In this document: positions 25,510 through 37,479 of the stretch, piece by piece
How the letters are laid out: each line of letters begins with the position of its first letter
Position numbering within the stretch: the stretch's first letter is position 1
Assembly: GCA_001643675.2 (NCBI GenBank)
Contig: LSRY02000038.1
Location: 248,001-312,000 of the forward strand
DNA from: Monocercomonoides exilis PA203
Lineage: Eukaryota; Protista; Preaxostyla
Length of the DNA stretch: 64,000 bases
Direction of reading: 5' to 3'
The notes under the pieces: generated by a model
Database searches by the model: none
What the model was told of the DNA's origin: nothing
Seen by the model: the letters and a program-made list of their open reading frames with translations, nothing else
Position numbers and translations under genes: made by a program

Positions 25510-25605
25510 ATTATTTCGGAGCAAATCCTGCTCACTGCGTTTTATCAATTTGCAATAGAGCGAATATACGAACGCAATAAGCAGGTTTGCTCGTCAATAA
25601 TGAGT
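25510..25605. promoter_or_regulatory. Internal complementary region (ICR) of DIRS copy A
   Basis: 25510-25540 is the exact inverse of 24863-24893, and 25550-25605 is a near inverse of 29912-29968. The two halves join as ...TATCAA-TTT-GCAATAG..., the expected circle junction. Confidence 0.88.
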
Positions 25606-25715
25606 TTTGAAATCCCTCGTTCTCTTCTCTCCTCTGATCTTAAACCCTCTTGCCTAGCACCTTGTCGTGCGGCGGATGAACAGAGGGCCTGCGGATGAAG
25701 GTGCGGCCTCTATCC

Positions 25716-27404
25716 CTACTCCCTCCCCTTGTTGCGCTGTCTTCGGGGGGTTCTCGATCGGGTCTTCTGTACCTGAGCGGGCATGACAATTTGTCCTATG
25801 CTTCTCTCTCCGCGTTTCCTCCGATCGGTCTCGAGTTTCTTCTGCAAGGCAGTCTGTCTACCCTCCGTCAGCTCCATAATGCTGCGGGGAATTATGGAGG
25901 GTGTCTCATCACCCTTGGGGAGTTGTGCTATATCGTTCTCATGCTGCGAACTCTTCTCTCGAGTCGACCCTCGTCTCTTCGAATTCTTTCTCTTGCTCGT
26001 CTCCGCTTCTCCCCCAGATTGTGATGTTTCTTCAGGATACTCCTTTGTTTCAGATTCTGTATTCTCATTTGAAATCTCTTTTCCTTTGCTGTCCTTCTCC
26101 GACTTTCCTCCCTTCTCTGCCAGGGGTACTGGGCCACCGATTGTCTCCAGGATCCATCTCGTGTCCTGAACTGGTAACACGGTGTAATACTCCTGGGCTA
26201 CTCTAGAGCCTGGCGCCCATCTCGCGTACGCATTGATTGCTTTCCAATCTGCAGCTTGTTGTCTTGCTAGGTGCGTTATCACAGCGTGTCTTATCGAGTA
26301 CGCGGTAAATGTGTCGGGTATTCCGTTCTCTCTCAGGACAGCCACTAATTCTTCTTTGATCCTCTGCAAGTTTGCAGGTTGCCTCCCCCTGAGATCGAAC
26401 CACACATGTTCGTCTCTAAAGGTTGTCTTTATATAATCCATCCAGCGTTGGAGCGCTACAACCGCATCGATACGTGGGTCTGGATGCTTATTTATAATAA
26501 CCTTAACAGTCTCTCCCCCTGATGTTTTTGTTTGTACTTGTGTCTGGACAGAATTATCTTTAAATATCGTTGTTTCGCTTCTCATTCTCTCCAGCTCTGC
26601 TGGCCTTAACGCACCAAATATCATAGTTAAAATGAGAGCCCTCCTTTGGAGGGTCTGTGGGTCTTTCATATTGTGAGTGGCTTCTGCCCATTTCGTGATG
26701 ATTGTCAAGTCCCACATCGATTTGTATCGTTTGCCTCTTCTTGGTTTCTCCCCCACATAGGTCTTTAGAAATATCTCTATGTCTTTCACGTCCACCTTAG
26801 TCTTTCTGAAGAGGTTAATAGAATCCATCACTTTCCGTACTGTCTGATTTATCACTCCGCTTGAGAGGTTTGTATTCGAGAGTGTTTCAATGAACTCCGC
26901 CATAATCCACTTTGCATCTTTGTTTGTGAGGGGGTCAGTGTCATCCATGCTCTCTCTATCAAGGAACTGCTTGAATCTTCGCAGCGCTCTCCACGTATCT
27001 CTTTCGCTCTTTTGATTTCTAAGTATTGCTGCTGCTATCTCTTTTGCTCCAACGTGTTCTCCCCATGTTAAGAAGAGGTCTCTCCCCTGAATATTCTCTT
27101 CTCCAGTATAACGCTTATAACCTCTCCTGGGGGTAATTTCCAGCCTTCCTTCCTCATCTTCGCTCCCTGTATCATGCACTCCTGAAAGGTCCCCAGGTTC
27201 TTTATCGAATGCCCAGGCTGCAGTAGCGGGGTCCAGGTCTGCCCCTGCTAAGCTGGCAGAATCAGAATCGTCAGATCCTTCTGAGATCCGTTCATTCTCT
27301 CTTTTTGCACCCGTCCAATGTTTCTCAGGAACGGGTGGACAAGTACAATGTCGTCTTCTGGTGTTCCTCTCTCTTTCTTCCTTCTCACGGAGGGTAGTCT
27401 CCAA
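25716..27404 (-). CDS. Tyrosine recombinase of DIRS copy A (uninterrupted frame; true start uncertain)
   Basis: Catalytic layout R (GALRPAEL), K (TKTSG), Y-S-I-R (HxxR variant), RW, and EYY nucleophile region, followed by a charged C-terminal tail. Confidence 0.9.
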   Translation of the reverse strand: METTLREKEERERNTRRRHCTCPPVPEKHWTGAKRENERISEGSDDSDSASLAGADLDPATAAWAFDKEPGDLSGVHDTGSEDEEGRLEITPRRGYKRYTGEENIQGRDLFLTWGEHVGAKEIAAAILRNQKSERDTWRALRRFKQFLDRESMDDTDPLTNKDAKWIMAEFIETLSNTNLSSGVINQTVRKVMDSINLFRKTKVDVKDIEIFLKTYVGEKPRRGKRYKSMWDLTIITKWAEATHNMKDPQTLQRRALILTMIFGALRPAELERMRSETTIFKDNSVQTQVQTKTSGGETVKVIINKHPDPRIDAVVALQRWMDYIKTTFRDEHVWFDLRGRQPANLQRIKEELVAVLRENGIPDTFTAYSIRHAVITHLARQQAADWKAINAYARWAPGSRVAQEYYTVLPVQDTRWILETIGGPVPLAEKGGKSEKDSKGKEISNENTESETKEYPEETSQSGGEAETSKRKNSKRRGSTREKSSQHENDIAQLPKGDETPSIIPRSIMELTEGRQTALQKKLETDRRKRGERSIGQIVMPAQVQKTRSRTPRRQRNKGRE

Positions 27405-28524
27405 GTACTTCCGCAGGGCACCGGCACAATCTGTTCTAAAATTGTATCTAGTATTCTCGGTGCGATTGTCTGAAATATCTCTGCGACTTTCTCCCCCCTC
27501 AGTGCATAGTCCGGTTTTTTCTAACTCCGGCTGAGTGCGTCTATCAGCATTTTAGCTGAGAAATGCAGAATCTTCTTCAATTTTCATTACGCTGCACTAT
27601 GCGGCTTCCTTTTGTATCCTCCTCTCGCGGTCTACCGTGATCTCATGCTCAATATTCTCCTCGCGATTCTTCGCGGATTTCACTTCTTCAATCTTCTGGA
27701 AAAGTTTCGCGGTTACAATGTCTGCACCTATTTCGCAAAAGTGCACTATTTTTTATCGTATTATCGATTTGCAACTTCTCTCAATCTCTTTCTCCATCCT
27801 TTTCTCGTAGTAAACTCAGCTTTCTCTTCATTCAAATTCTTTCGATTAAAAACAATTTGTCACTCCTCGATTATCTCGCTACAACTCAGTGCTCTCTCTT
27901 CTCCCTCAGTCCCGATATGTTTCACGATTGAACTTTTGTTCTGATTTCTCCTGTAATTAATCGTAACATTTCCAATTCTTAATTTATGATATTTCTCTCT
28001 TTCAGTTTAATATTGTGTCGTAACACAACTTGTCTATATTTCCTTAGCAAAAGTCAATCGGTTTACTGAGCTTTCTATCTCTATCGTCATTTTGCTGCGA
28101 AACGCCGTTCACTGCTCTATCTCTTCTCAAAGTCTCGGTATTGAACGCGGTTACTCTCTCGTCTCTTAGTCTCGTGGTAAAGCACGTCTTCCTATTCTCT
28201 CTCTTATCTCATGATCTTGAGATCGAACTCGGTTTGATTCTTTGTAACTCTCTCTCGAATAGGCACAGCTTCATTTCAAATAATTATCTTGTAACTGTAA
28301 CGAAATTATCCATTAATTAAAATATCGCTGTAATATATGTATCGATTATTACAAATATCCTTGCATTATATAAATATAAATATTTCGTCACTGTATTTCT
28401 CGGTATCTCGCGTAACTGCGCAGCTCTTTTCACAATAAATCCTCTTTTCATATAAAGCAGATTCTCTATTTATCCCTCTCTCGCTTCAATTCTCTGCACC
28501 TCCTTTATTTAATCAAATAATGAT

Positions 28525-28722
28525 CTCGCGGTAAAGTGCGGCTCTCTCTTCTCTCTCTGTCTCGCGGCAAAGCGCGGCTCTCTCTTCTCTCTCTGTCTCG
28601 CGGCAAAGCGCGGCTCTCTCTTCTCTCTCTGTCTCGCGGCAAAGCGCGGCTCTCTCTTCTCTCTCTGTCTCGCGGCAAAGCGCGGCTCTCTCTTCTCTCT
28701 CTGTCTCGCGGCATAGCGCGGT
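28525..28722 (+). repeat. 36-bp tandem repeat (~5.3 units, CGCGGCAAAGCGCGGCTCTCTCTTCTCTCTCTGTCT) in the DIRS A 5' region
   Basis: Near-perfect units with no spacers. Confidence 0.95.
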
Positions 28723-30039
28723 TTTCTTTTATATTTATATATATATATATATATATATCTTATCATTGCGCGTCTTTTATCACTATTCTTGTGATATCAT
28801 CTAGCAATAAAACAAATACGTATATGGCTTTCTCAATATCGCGAATTATAGAATAATTATATTTTTGTAACTATCTTAAGCAAATTCGCAGCATTATAAT
28901 ATGTAATTATCTCTTTATTGTAATTTAATCTTTCCTCAATGGTAATCTCGCTGCAATGTGTGCATTTATTCTCATTAATTCTAGTAACATCAAGCGATTT
29001 ATTATTATTATTTATATTAAAAATTTAACTGCATCTTGATACACTTCGCGGATCTTGTTCCTAATAAATTCTTACGATATTTATTGTTTCATTCTTTTAA
29101 AAGTCAATTGTCATTCATATCTTCGTTTTGTTTAAGTATCTGATGAAATATCGTGGCTTCTGTTATTAAATATTATTTCGTGGATATGAGCGAATCTTCT
29201 TCCTAATTAATTCACACAATATTCTGCAGTTTGTCGTTGGTTTTGTTTTCATTTGTATATCACAGCATTGTTTGAATATATCTCTTCTATTTTGTATTAA
29301 TTATTTCAATTAATTATCTCCACATTGATAGAAAGTTCTTCCTCCAAAATAATCTCTCTGCAATTTGTGGATCTATCTTTTTAAATTCTTGCAACATCTT
29401 GCGATTTCATTATTTAACTATATCTCGCTTCAATAGGCAGTTCTTATTCCTAATAAATAAGCAAAATAATGTGTAGTTTTATTCTATTTTAAAGTCGAAA
29501 AATTATCATATCTTTATTCTATCAAAATGTTTCACTATTTTTCGTGGTTTTAATTTCTGAAATTGACTCGCAGTATAACGCGGAAATAATTACAATAATT
29601 TTCTTTCAATATATATTGTAGCTTCAGTTCTTGAAATTGTATCCAAACAATGCACGGCTTTCCTTTCTGTTTTATCAGCTGTACGCAGTCTTTGTTTCGA
29701 ATGATGTATTTCGCACTTTGATCCTTGCAAATTCTTCGATGATAATTTTTCATTCTTTTTTGTTTCAAAAATAGATCTAATTCCTTTCCATCGCCGTCTC
29801 TGTATTTTTTGTCACAGGCTGTTGCTTCTTTTTGTTGCGGACAATTTGGGTCTACTTTGAATTTGAGTATTGGCGAAGTTAGATCTTAAACCGCCCATAA
29901 ATCGTGAACAATACTCATTATTGAGGAGCAAACCTGCTCCTTGCGTTCGGATATTCGCTCTATTGCGAAATATTTATTTTTTTTTTATTGATTTATTGAT
30001 TTATTTATTTATTTCTTCTTCTTCTTTATTTATTTATCC

Positions 30040-31137
30040 ATTTCAACATAACATTGACATCTCATTGAAGAAGAATCACAACGTCCATCATCAGCATCAA
30101 GACAACAACTTCCCGCTCTTCGTCTACATTCTTCTCCTTCCTCCTCCTCATCCTCTTCTTCTTCTTCTTCTTCATTAACTCCAGGCCGTCCTGTTGGCCG
30201 AAACTTCACTCCCTTCCAAGGCCAAACACAAACGCAATCACAAAATTTGAATCAAAGTCAAAGTCAAAATCAAACCCAATTCACTCCTCGCTTCACTAAC
30301 CCGTTTTCTTCTGATGATTCAGATGAGATTGTGTGGGAAGCAACAGACAGACAGAAAAACACCATGCCAATTTCCATCCATTTTCTGATGCTTCTTCTTT
30401 TTCTTCTTCTTCTCAAATGAGAGCTTCATCTGCTGGCGGAGGCGGAAGAAGCAGAAGAATTGTGCTTCCACCTCTTTCTGCTGTGAGACAGGCGAAAGAG
30501 AGAGGGATGACATCGAGGAATGTGTATGGAAGAGAAGGAAGAGGAGAAGGAAGAGGAGAAGGAAGAGGAGAAGGAGAAAGAGAAGGAGGAGGAGGAAGTG
30601 AAATCAACAGAAATGGAGATGTGAGTGTAAGTGTGGATGACAATGATCCGATTGAGCAGACAGCAACGATGCCGATGAATTCGAAAATGCAGAGAGCATT
30701 GGCTGCTCGGAATGTGGACAAGCTGAAGGTTGTGTTAATTTTGTTTATTGAAATCATGGAGTTGATATTTATTTGTGATTATTCTTTTATATATGTTGCA
30801 ACTTAAAATGATGTCATTTTTTTTTTTTTATTTATATTCTTATGGTCATCTTTTTTTCTTTATTTTTTTCTTTCTATGTGAATAAATGAAATATCAACCA
30901 TTCCATTCCACTTCCCTTCCCTCTTCTTCCCTCTTTTTCCCTCTTCTTCCCCCTCAGGATTTTTCACCCGAAGCAATCGCCACGCTGAGCAAGCAGCTTC
31001 ATTTGAAGGATCCAATTGCTGATACCGAGATGCTGTTGAGAGATTTGAAGAACAACGAGAGGGTGGAAGAGAAGGAAAGGACAAAAGGAAGATGGGAGTT
31101 CACAATTGATGGGGTTAAGAGAGAAAGACAAGTTTGA
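30040..31137 (+). pseudogene. 3' portion of an unknown gene (last two exons; intron ~30729-30957)
   Basis: ...QRALAARNVDKLK, GT...CAG, DFSPEAIATLSKQL...KRERQV* joins in frame. The upstream part is frameshifted and no 5' exons are seen next to DIRS A. Confidence 0.5.
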
Positions 31138-32609
31138 TAGAAAGGATGAAATTTTTTATTCATTTTTGTTTTTTTGAGAAAGAGAGAGAAGGAGAGAAAG
31201 AGAAAGAGAAGAATTTTGTGATGTGATTGTAGTTTCATTGCACTTTTTGATTGACTTTTATTTAGTGATTTAATATTTTTGGATTTTTTTGAATCAATTT
31301 GATTTTGTGGTGAGTTTCATTCAATGATAATCTTCTTTTCCATTTCACACATCTTTCTAAACTATATTACCATTTTCTTGTCAAATTTCTTCTTCACTAT
31401 CTTCTTCTTCTCCTCCTCCTCCTTCTCCTCCTTCTTCTCCTTCTTCTTCCTTCTTTTCCTTTTTCTCCTCCTCCTCCTCCTCCTCCTCCTCCTCCTCTTC
31501 ATCACATGGTTTTTTAAATTTTTTATTTCTTCTTCCTCTTCTACTCATTCTCATTCTTCCCCCTTTCTCCTTCTCTCTTCTTTCAAACAATTTCTTTCGA
31601 CGAATGTGACGTTTTCCACGTCATCAGACTATTTTGTCATTTTAGCAACCTTCTTTTCCACAGTTCTCTTCGGCTTCGCATGCAGCTCCATGTGATCCTT
31701 TATCGCCATTGCAGTTTCCTTGTATTCATTTCATCTCGCTCACGCACTCTAATGGAGCAACATATCATTCTCTGGATAATACGAAATTATCTTAACTTCG
31801 TTTCATTCACTTTTTTTGTTTAGAAAATAATATTCCTTCACTTATATGTTATCACCGTTTCATGTTATAGAAAAAGAATCGCATCATATATTTTTGTGCA
31901 AATTTTATCTTTGAACAAAAGATTTTTTCAATTATTAGTAATAATAATAGTCTACAAATAACCACTTTATTATTTCATTGAATTCCCACAACAATCAAAT
32001 GTTATTTTTGAAACGATGATTAAATTTGAATTAAAAATCAAAACCAAAAAGATAAAAGGGAACTGTTTGAAACACGCTAAACTCCATTTCTTTTTATTAG
32101 GAATGATCGAAAAGTCTTGTTTGAACAATGCAACATTTGAAATAATATTTTACCGAATCATTGAACTTCAAAATAAGAAATCAAAGCAAGCATGATTCAA
32201 AAATGAAAAAAAGTGAAATCATCAAGTGAGTGAAAATCTCTTAATAAAAAATAATAAATAATTGCAAAAAAAATCATTTTTCACACTTATATCTTCCAAC
32301 TCTACTGATCTTTGTCAAACGACTGATCTTTATCGTTCGACTGATTTCGACAAAGATTTGCCGATAACCCATTATTAATTATTGTGTTTCAGAAAAAAAA
32401 AAAGAAAATACTATGATTATTCATTTCCATATTAAATTATTAATATTTATGGATAAAAAAATATTGAAAAAGATTTTATTTCGTTTTTTTCTCAAAAAAA
32501 ATTTTTTTTTAAATTTTTATTTTTTTAATAACGAAAATATATAAACTCGATAAAATTGTCGGTCGAGTTGTCGAGTTGTTTAAAAAATGTCGGTCGGTCG
32601 CAGGGGCTT

Positions 32610-33013
32610 TGAATGAAGATTCCCTGCAGAACAAGGAACATCATTTCCTGTGAATTCAACAGAAATGAGGCAATGTGTCGACTTTGAAAATCAATCTGAT
32701 AATTTTTGGAAATTGCATGACAGACGAAATACATCAATTTAATGATTTTTACAAAAGATATGGTGCATGGAATTTTTGTTGTGCTATATGTTGTGAAGAT
32801 TTTTCTATCTGTATCCTTTCCAAAGTGCAGGAATCAGAATTGTCGTTGAAATGGCCAATCTCCACTTTGTGGAGCAATTCGATGAGAATGGAGCTGATTG
32901 TTATAAAGCCATTGGGAAATAAATATAGTTACGGAAGATGCATGATTTTTATTTGAACAAGAGATGAAAACAAATTCAGTCGTTATTTTATTGAATGAAG
33001 ATTTATCTATGGA
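32610..33013 (+). pseudogene. Fragment of decayed gene module K, cut by the DIRS B left end
   Basis: Colinear with 63015-63427 up to GGAATTC. Shared frame PFQSAGIRxxVEMANxxFxEQxDENGAD with synonymous differences. Confidence 0.7.
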
Positions 33014-34689
33014 ATTCGCAATAGAGAGAATCGACGTAAACAAGGAGAAGGTTTGCTCCTCAATAATGAGTATTGATCACGATTTATGGGTGGTTTGAGA
33101 TCAAAATTCGCCAATTCTTAAATTCAAGAAGATCTTTATAGTCCGCAATTAAGATGAAGCAGAAACTTGTTTTTGAAAAAATCCAGAGACTGCGATGGAG
33201 AAGAATTAAATCTATTTTTGAAACTGGAAAGAGCGAAAATTATTATTGAAGAATTTTCCTGGATCGGAGTGCGAAATGCATCATTCGGAACAAAAGACTG
33301 CGTACAGCTAATAAAACAGAAAGGTAAGCCGTGCATTGTTAAAGCACAATATCAGGAACATAAGTTACAATATATTGAAAGATTATTATTGAAAATATTG
33401 CAGCATTGTGCTGCGAGATAACGTTAAAGAACAGAAGCCTCGATATTTCATCATACACTTTAACAAAATGAAGATATGAATTACAATAGACTTTTAAATA
33501 GAATGAAATAACAAATGTTGTGAGATTTTTTTAAGGAACAAGATCTGCGAAGTATTGCGAGATGCAGTTAAATATAAATAATAATATTTATAATAAATCG
33601 CTTGATATCACTCGAATTAAGGAGGGTAAATGCACACATTGCAGCGAGATAATTATTGAGGAAGAATTTAATTACAATAAAGAGATAATTTTTTATAATG
33701 AAGCTGCGACCTTCAAAAAGATAATTGCATAAATACATAATATGGTTTTTACGCCTTTATCAAAATTTTCATATAAACATATATATTCAAGTTTTATTGC
33801 GAGATAATAATACATAAAGAAGAGAGAGCCTCTCTTTGCCGTGAGATTTGTTTAAATTGAGAAACCGCTCGATATCGCAAGGATTGAAGAAAACATATCA
33901 CTTGTTTCTATGAAATTGTTATGAACAGACAATTTTATAACTATCAAAAGATAATGAATTAAAATAAAGATGTGCATTCTCATAAGATAATAACAAAGAA
34001 CAAAACCTCGAAAAATCGGAAAACAGACATAGAGAATAGAGAGATCCGCGCTTTGAAGCGAGGTCATGATTGGAAAAAGAATAGAGAAAACCGCACTTTA
34101 CTGTGATATAATTATTGAGTTAAAAACTTAACAATTCGATAGGCATATATATAGAGAATGAAGACAAACTATCATTTGATGCAATATCAAAAACAGAAAT
34201 GATGAATTATAGGTGATTAATAATCTGAAATGATACTGTTCATATTAAATAAATTTTCACAGAAGCGAAACCGCGAAATATAAAGAGACAAATGAGAAAT
34301 AGGAGAAACGTGTATTTTAGCAAAATAATTGCAGAGAGACAAACCACCTTTGATCGAATGAATTCAAATAGAAAGAGCTGAGTTTGCAATGAGATAAAGA
34401 TTGAGATAGAATTTGTGAGAAATTGTGAAACTGATAATTCGAAGAAAATCAGCTTATTATAGTGATATAGATACAGTCAAATAAACAGCGAGATATTGCG
34501 AGAATGATTGAGAAGTTTGTTCCGCGAAATATCGCAAGCAGAAGATATGGCATTGGACAGCGAAAGACTGCGAGAGGAGGATACAGAAAGAAGCAACACA
34601 GCACAGCGTGATGAAAAGAGAAGAAGACTCCGCATATCTGCTCGGATTGATGCAATGGAGCAAGATTTCTTACGAGGAGAAATTCGGAG

Positions 34690-35480
34690 GAGAAACAAAA
34701 ACTGGAGTCAACAGGGATTGTGGAGTTATTGGGATGGCAATGGAACTCGGAGAAGATGGAAGTGATGCTCCAAGAGAGGAAGAGAGTGCTTTTGCTGAAG
34801 GATGTGCGAAAATGGATAGCACATGCAAAGAAAAGGATGAATCAGAGAACAAGAGACTTAGCAGCACTCCTCGGGAAGCTGAATTTTGTGAGGTTACAAC
34901 ATCCACCATCGAGCTTGTGGATGAAGCGCATGCAATACGAGCTGAGGCAGGCAATGGCCCGCGGAGGCTGGAAGGGAACGGTGATAGTCAGCCCAATGAT
35001 ACTGGGAGAATTAACACATAAAAGGAAAACCCTGCTTGAGAACAGACCGAGGTGTCTAAGGAGAAGGAATAGACCAGCAGAGCTAACAACGGACGCTTCG
35101 GAGCTGGGATGGGGTGCAGTATTAACAATACCGACAGAGAACAAAGAGGAGAAGATATATGTCCACGGGAGTTGGACCCTCCAGGAGAGCGCATTAGCGA
35201 TAAACGAGGAGGAGTTCAGAGCAGTGTTGAGGACACTAGAGAGAAAGGGAGCATGGCTGCAACAGCAGAAGATAGACCATATTCGTTTGAAGACAGACAA
35301 CATGTCCACGAGATGGGCAATTCAGAAGAGGAGGGGAACGCCATCACTCATTTCAACACTGAGAGCATTGGAGAAGAAACTGAACAGCCTGAACATTACG
35401 ATACAAACGGAACATCTCTCGGGAGAGCAGAACACGGAAGCAGATGCACTCAGACGGATTTGGAAGAAACCGGACTATGA
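34690..35480 (+). pseudogene. DIRS pol remnant: RT C-terminus plus RNase H
   Basis: ELLGWQWNS...LAALLGKLNF; LTTDASELGWGA; INEEEFRAV; LKTDNMST; EHLSGEQNTEADAL. No YxDD palm upstream. Confidence 0.9.
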
Positions 35481-35509
35481 GCTGAAGGTGGAAGAAAGTC
35501 GCAGAGATA

Positions 35510-35775
35510 TTGCAAATAGTCGCACCGAGAACACTAGATGTAATCTCAGAACAGATTGTGCCAGTGCCCTGCGGAAGTACTTGGAGACCATTCTCCGTGA
35601 GAAGGAAGAAAGAGAGAGGAACACCAGAAGACGACATTGTACTTGTCCACCCGTTCCTGAGAAACATTGGACGGGTGCAAAAAGAGAGAATGAACGGATC
35701 TCAGAAGGATCTGACGATTCTGATTCTGCCAGCTTAGCAGGGGCAGACCTGGACCCCGCTACTGCAGCCTGGGCA
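35510..35775 (+). pseudogene. DIRS-associated adenine methyltransferase-like remnant overlapping the YR frame
   Basis: VLVHPFLRNIGRVQK...LTILILPA*QGQTWTPLLQ resembles the DIRS MT pattern (PPxxxIxRxxxK...ILIxPxWxxQxW). The same TAG is present in copy A. Confidence 0.65.
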
Positions 35776-37270
35776 TTCGATAAAGAACCTGGGGACCTTT
35801 CAGGAGTGCATGATACAGGGAGCGAAGATGAGAAGGGAAGGCTGGAAACTACCCCCGGGAGAGGTGATGTGCGTAATACTGGAGAAGAGAATATCCAAGG
35901 AAGGGACCTCTTCTTTTCATGGGGAAAATATGTGGGAGCGAAGGACATAGCAGCAGCAATATTGAGAAATCAAAAGAGCGAAAGGGATACGTGGAGAGCC
36001 CTGCGAAGATTCAAACGATTCCTTGATAGGGAGAGCATGGATGATACCGAACTCCCTCACAACCAGAGATGCCAAATGGATTATGGCAGAGTTTGCCAAA
36101 ACGCTTTCAAATACTAACCTGTCTAGTGGAGTGATTTGTCAGACAGTTCGGAAAGGACTGGATTCTATTAACCTTTTCAGAGAGTTTAAGATTGATGGGA
36201 AAGACATAGAAATATTTCTTAGAACCTATGTTGGAGAGAAGCCGAGAAGAGGCAAAAGATACAAATCAATGTGGAACTTAACAATCATCACGAAATGGGC
36301 GGTAAGCACCAACGACGCAAAAGATATTCGGACACTCCAGAGGAGAGCCCTCATCCTGACTATGATCTTTGGAGCCCTAAGGCCAGCAGAGCTGGAAAGA
36401 ATGAGAAGAGAGACAACGATATTTAAAGATAACTCTGTCCAGACACAAGTACAAACAAAAACATCAGGGGGAGAGACTGTTAAGGTTATTATAAATAAGC
36501 ATCCAGACCCACGTATCGATGCGGTTGTAGCGCTCCAACGCTGGATGGATTATATAAAGACAACCTTTAGAGACGAACATGTGTGGTTCGATCTCAGGGG
36601 GAGGCAACCTGCAAACTTGCAGAGGATCAAAGAAGAATTAGTGGCTGTCCTGAGAGAGAACGGAATACCCGACACATTTACCGCGTACTCGATAAGACAC
36701 GCTGTGATAACGCACCTAGCAAGACAACAAGCTGCAGATTGGAAAGCAATCAATGCGTACGCGAGATGGGCGCCAGGCTCTAGAGTAGCCCAGGAGTATT
36801 ACACCGTGTTACCAGTTCAGGACACGAGATGGATCCTGGAGACAATCGGTGGCCCAGTACCCCTGGCAGAGAAGGGAGGAAAGTCGGAGAAGGACAGCAA
36901 AGGAAAAGAGATTTCAAATGAGAATACAGAATCTGAAACAAAGGAGTATCCTGAAGAAACATCACAATCTGGGGGAGAAGCGGAGACGAGCAAGAGAAAG
37001 AATTCGAAGAGACGAGGGTCGACTCGAGAGAAGAGTTCGCAGCATGAGAACGATATAGCACAACTCCCCAAGGGTGATGAGACACCCTCCATAATTCCCC
37101 GCAGCATTATGGAGCTGACGGAGGGTAGACAGACTGCCTTGCAGAAGAAACTCGAGACCGATCGGAGGAAACGCGGAGAGAGAAGCATAGGACAAATTGT
37201 CATGCCCGCTCAGGTACAGAAGACCCGATCGAGAACCCCCCGAAGACAGCGCAAGAGGGGGAGGGAGTAG
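35581..37270 (+). CDS. Tyrosine recombinase of DIRS copy B (+1 frameshift near 36050; catalytic domain intact in ORF 36023-37270)
   Basis: Same catalytic motifs as copy A. B reads gaactccctc where A reads gaccccctc. Confidence 0.85.
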
Positions 37271-37378
37271 GGATAGAGGCCGCACCTTCATCCGCAGTCC
37301 CTCTGGTCATCCGCCGCACGGCAAGGTGCTAGGCATGAGGGTTTTAGATCACACATACGGAAAGAAAAGGGATTTCAG

Positions 37379-37474
37379 AACTCATTATTGACGAGCAAAC
37401 CTGCTTATTGCGTTCGTATATTCGCTCTATTGCAAATTGATAAAACGCAGAGAGACTGGTTTGCTCCGAGATAA
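37379..37474. promoter_or_regulatory. ICR of DIRS copy B
   Basis: The first half is complementary to the left end (33014-33071) and the second half to 38098-38128. Confidence 0.85.
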
Positions 37475-37479
37475 AACAA

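Larger units (their letters stand above)
24856..29970 (-). mobile_element. DIRS-type tyrosine-recombinase retroelement, copy A (non-autonomous; RT and most of RNase H deleted)
   Basis: Non-identical inverted termini (29885-29970 and 24856-24926). An internal region at 25510-25605 is complementary to both ends. YR ORF present. Homologous throughout to 33014-38132. Confidence 0.9.

Noticed and set aside
28525-28722. 36-bp repeat as a CRISPR array
   Set aside because: Units are directly tandem with no spacers, there are no cas genes, and the context is eukaryotic.
32880-33013. Kinase glycine loop in IKPLGNKYSYG
   Set aside because: Comparison with the 63-kb paralog supports a different reading frame, so the resemblance is probably chance.
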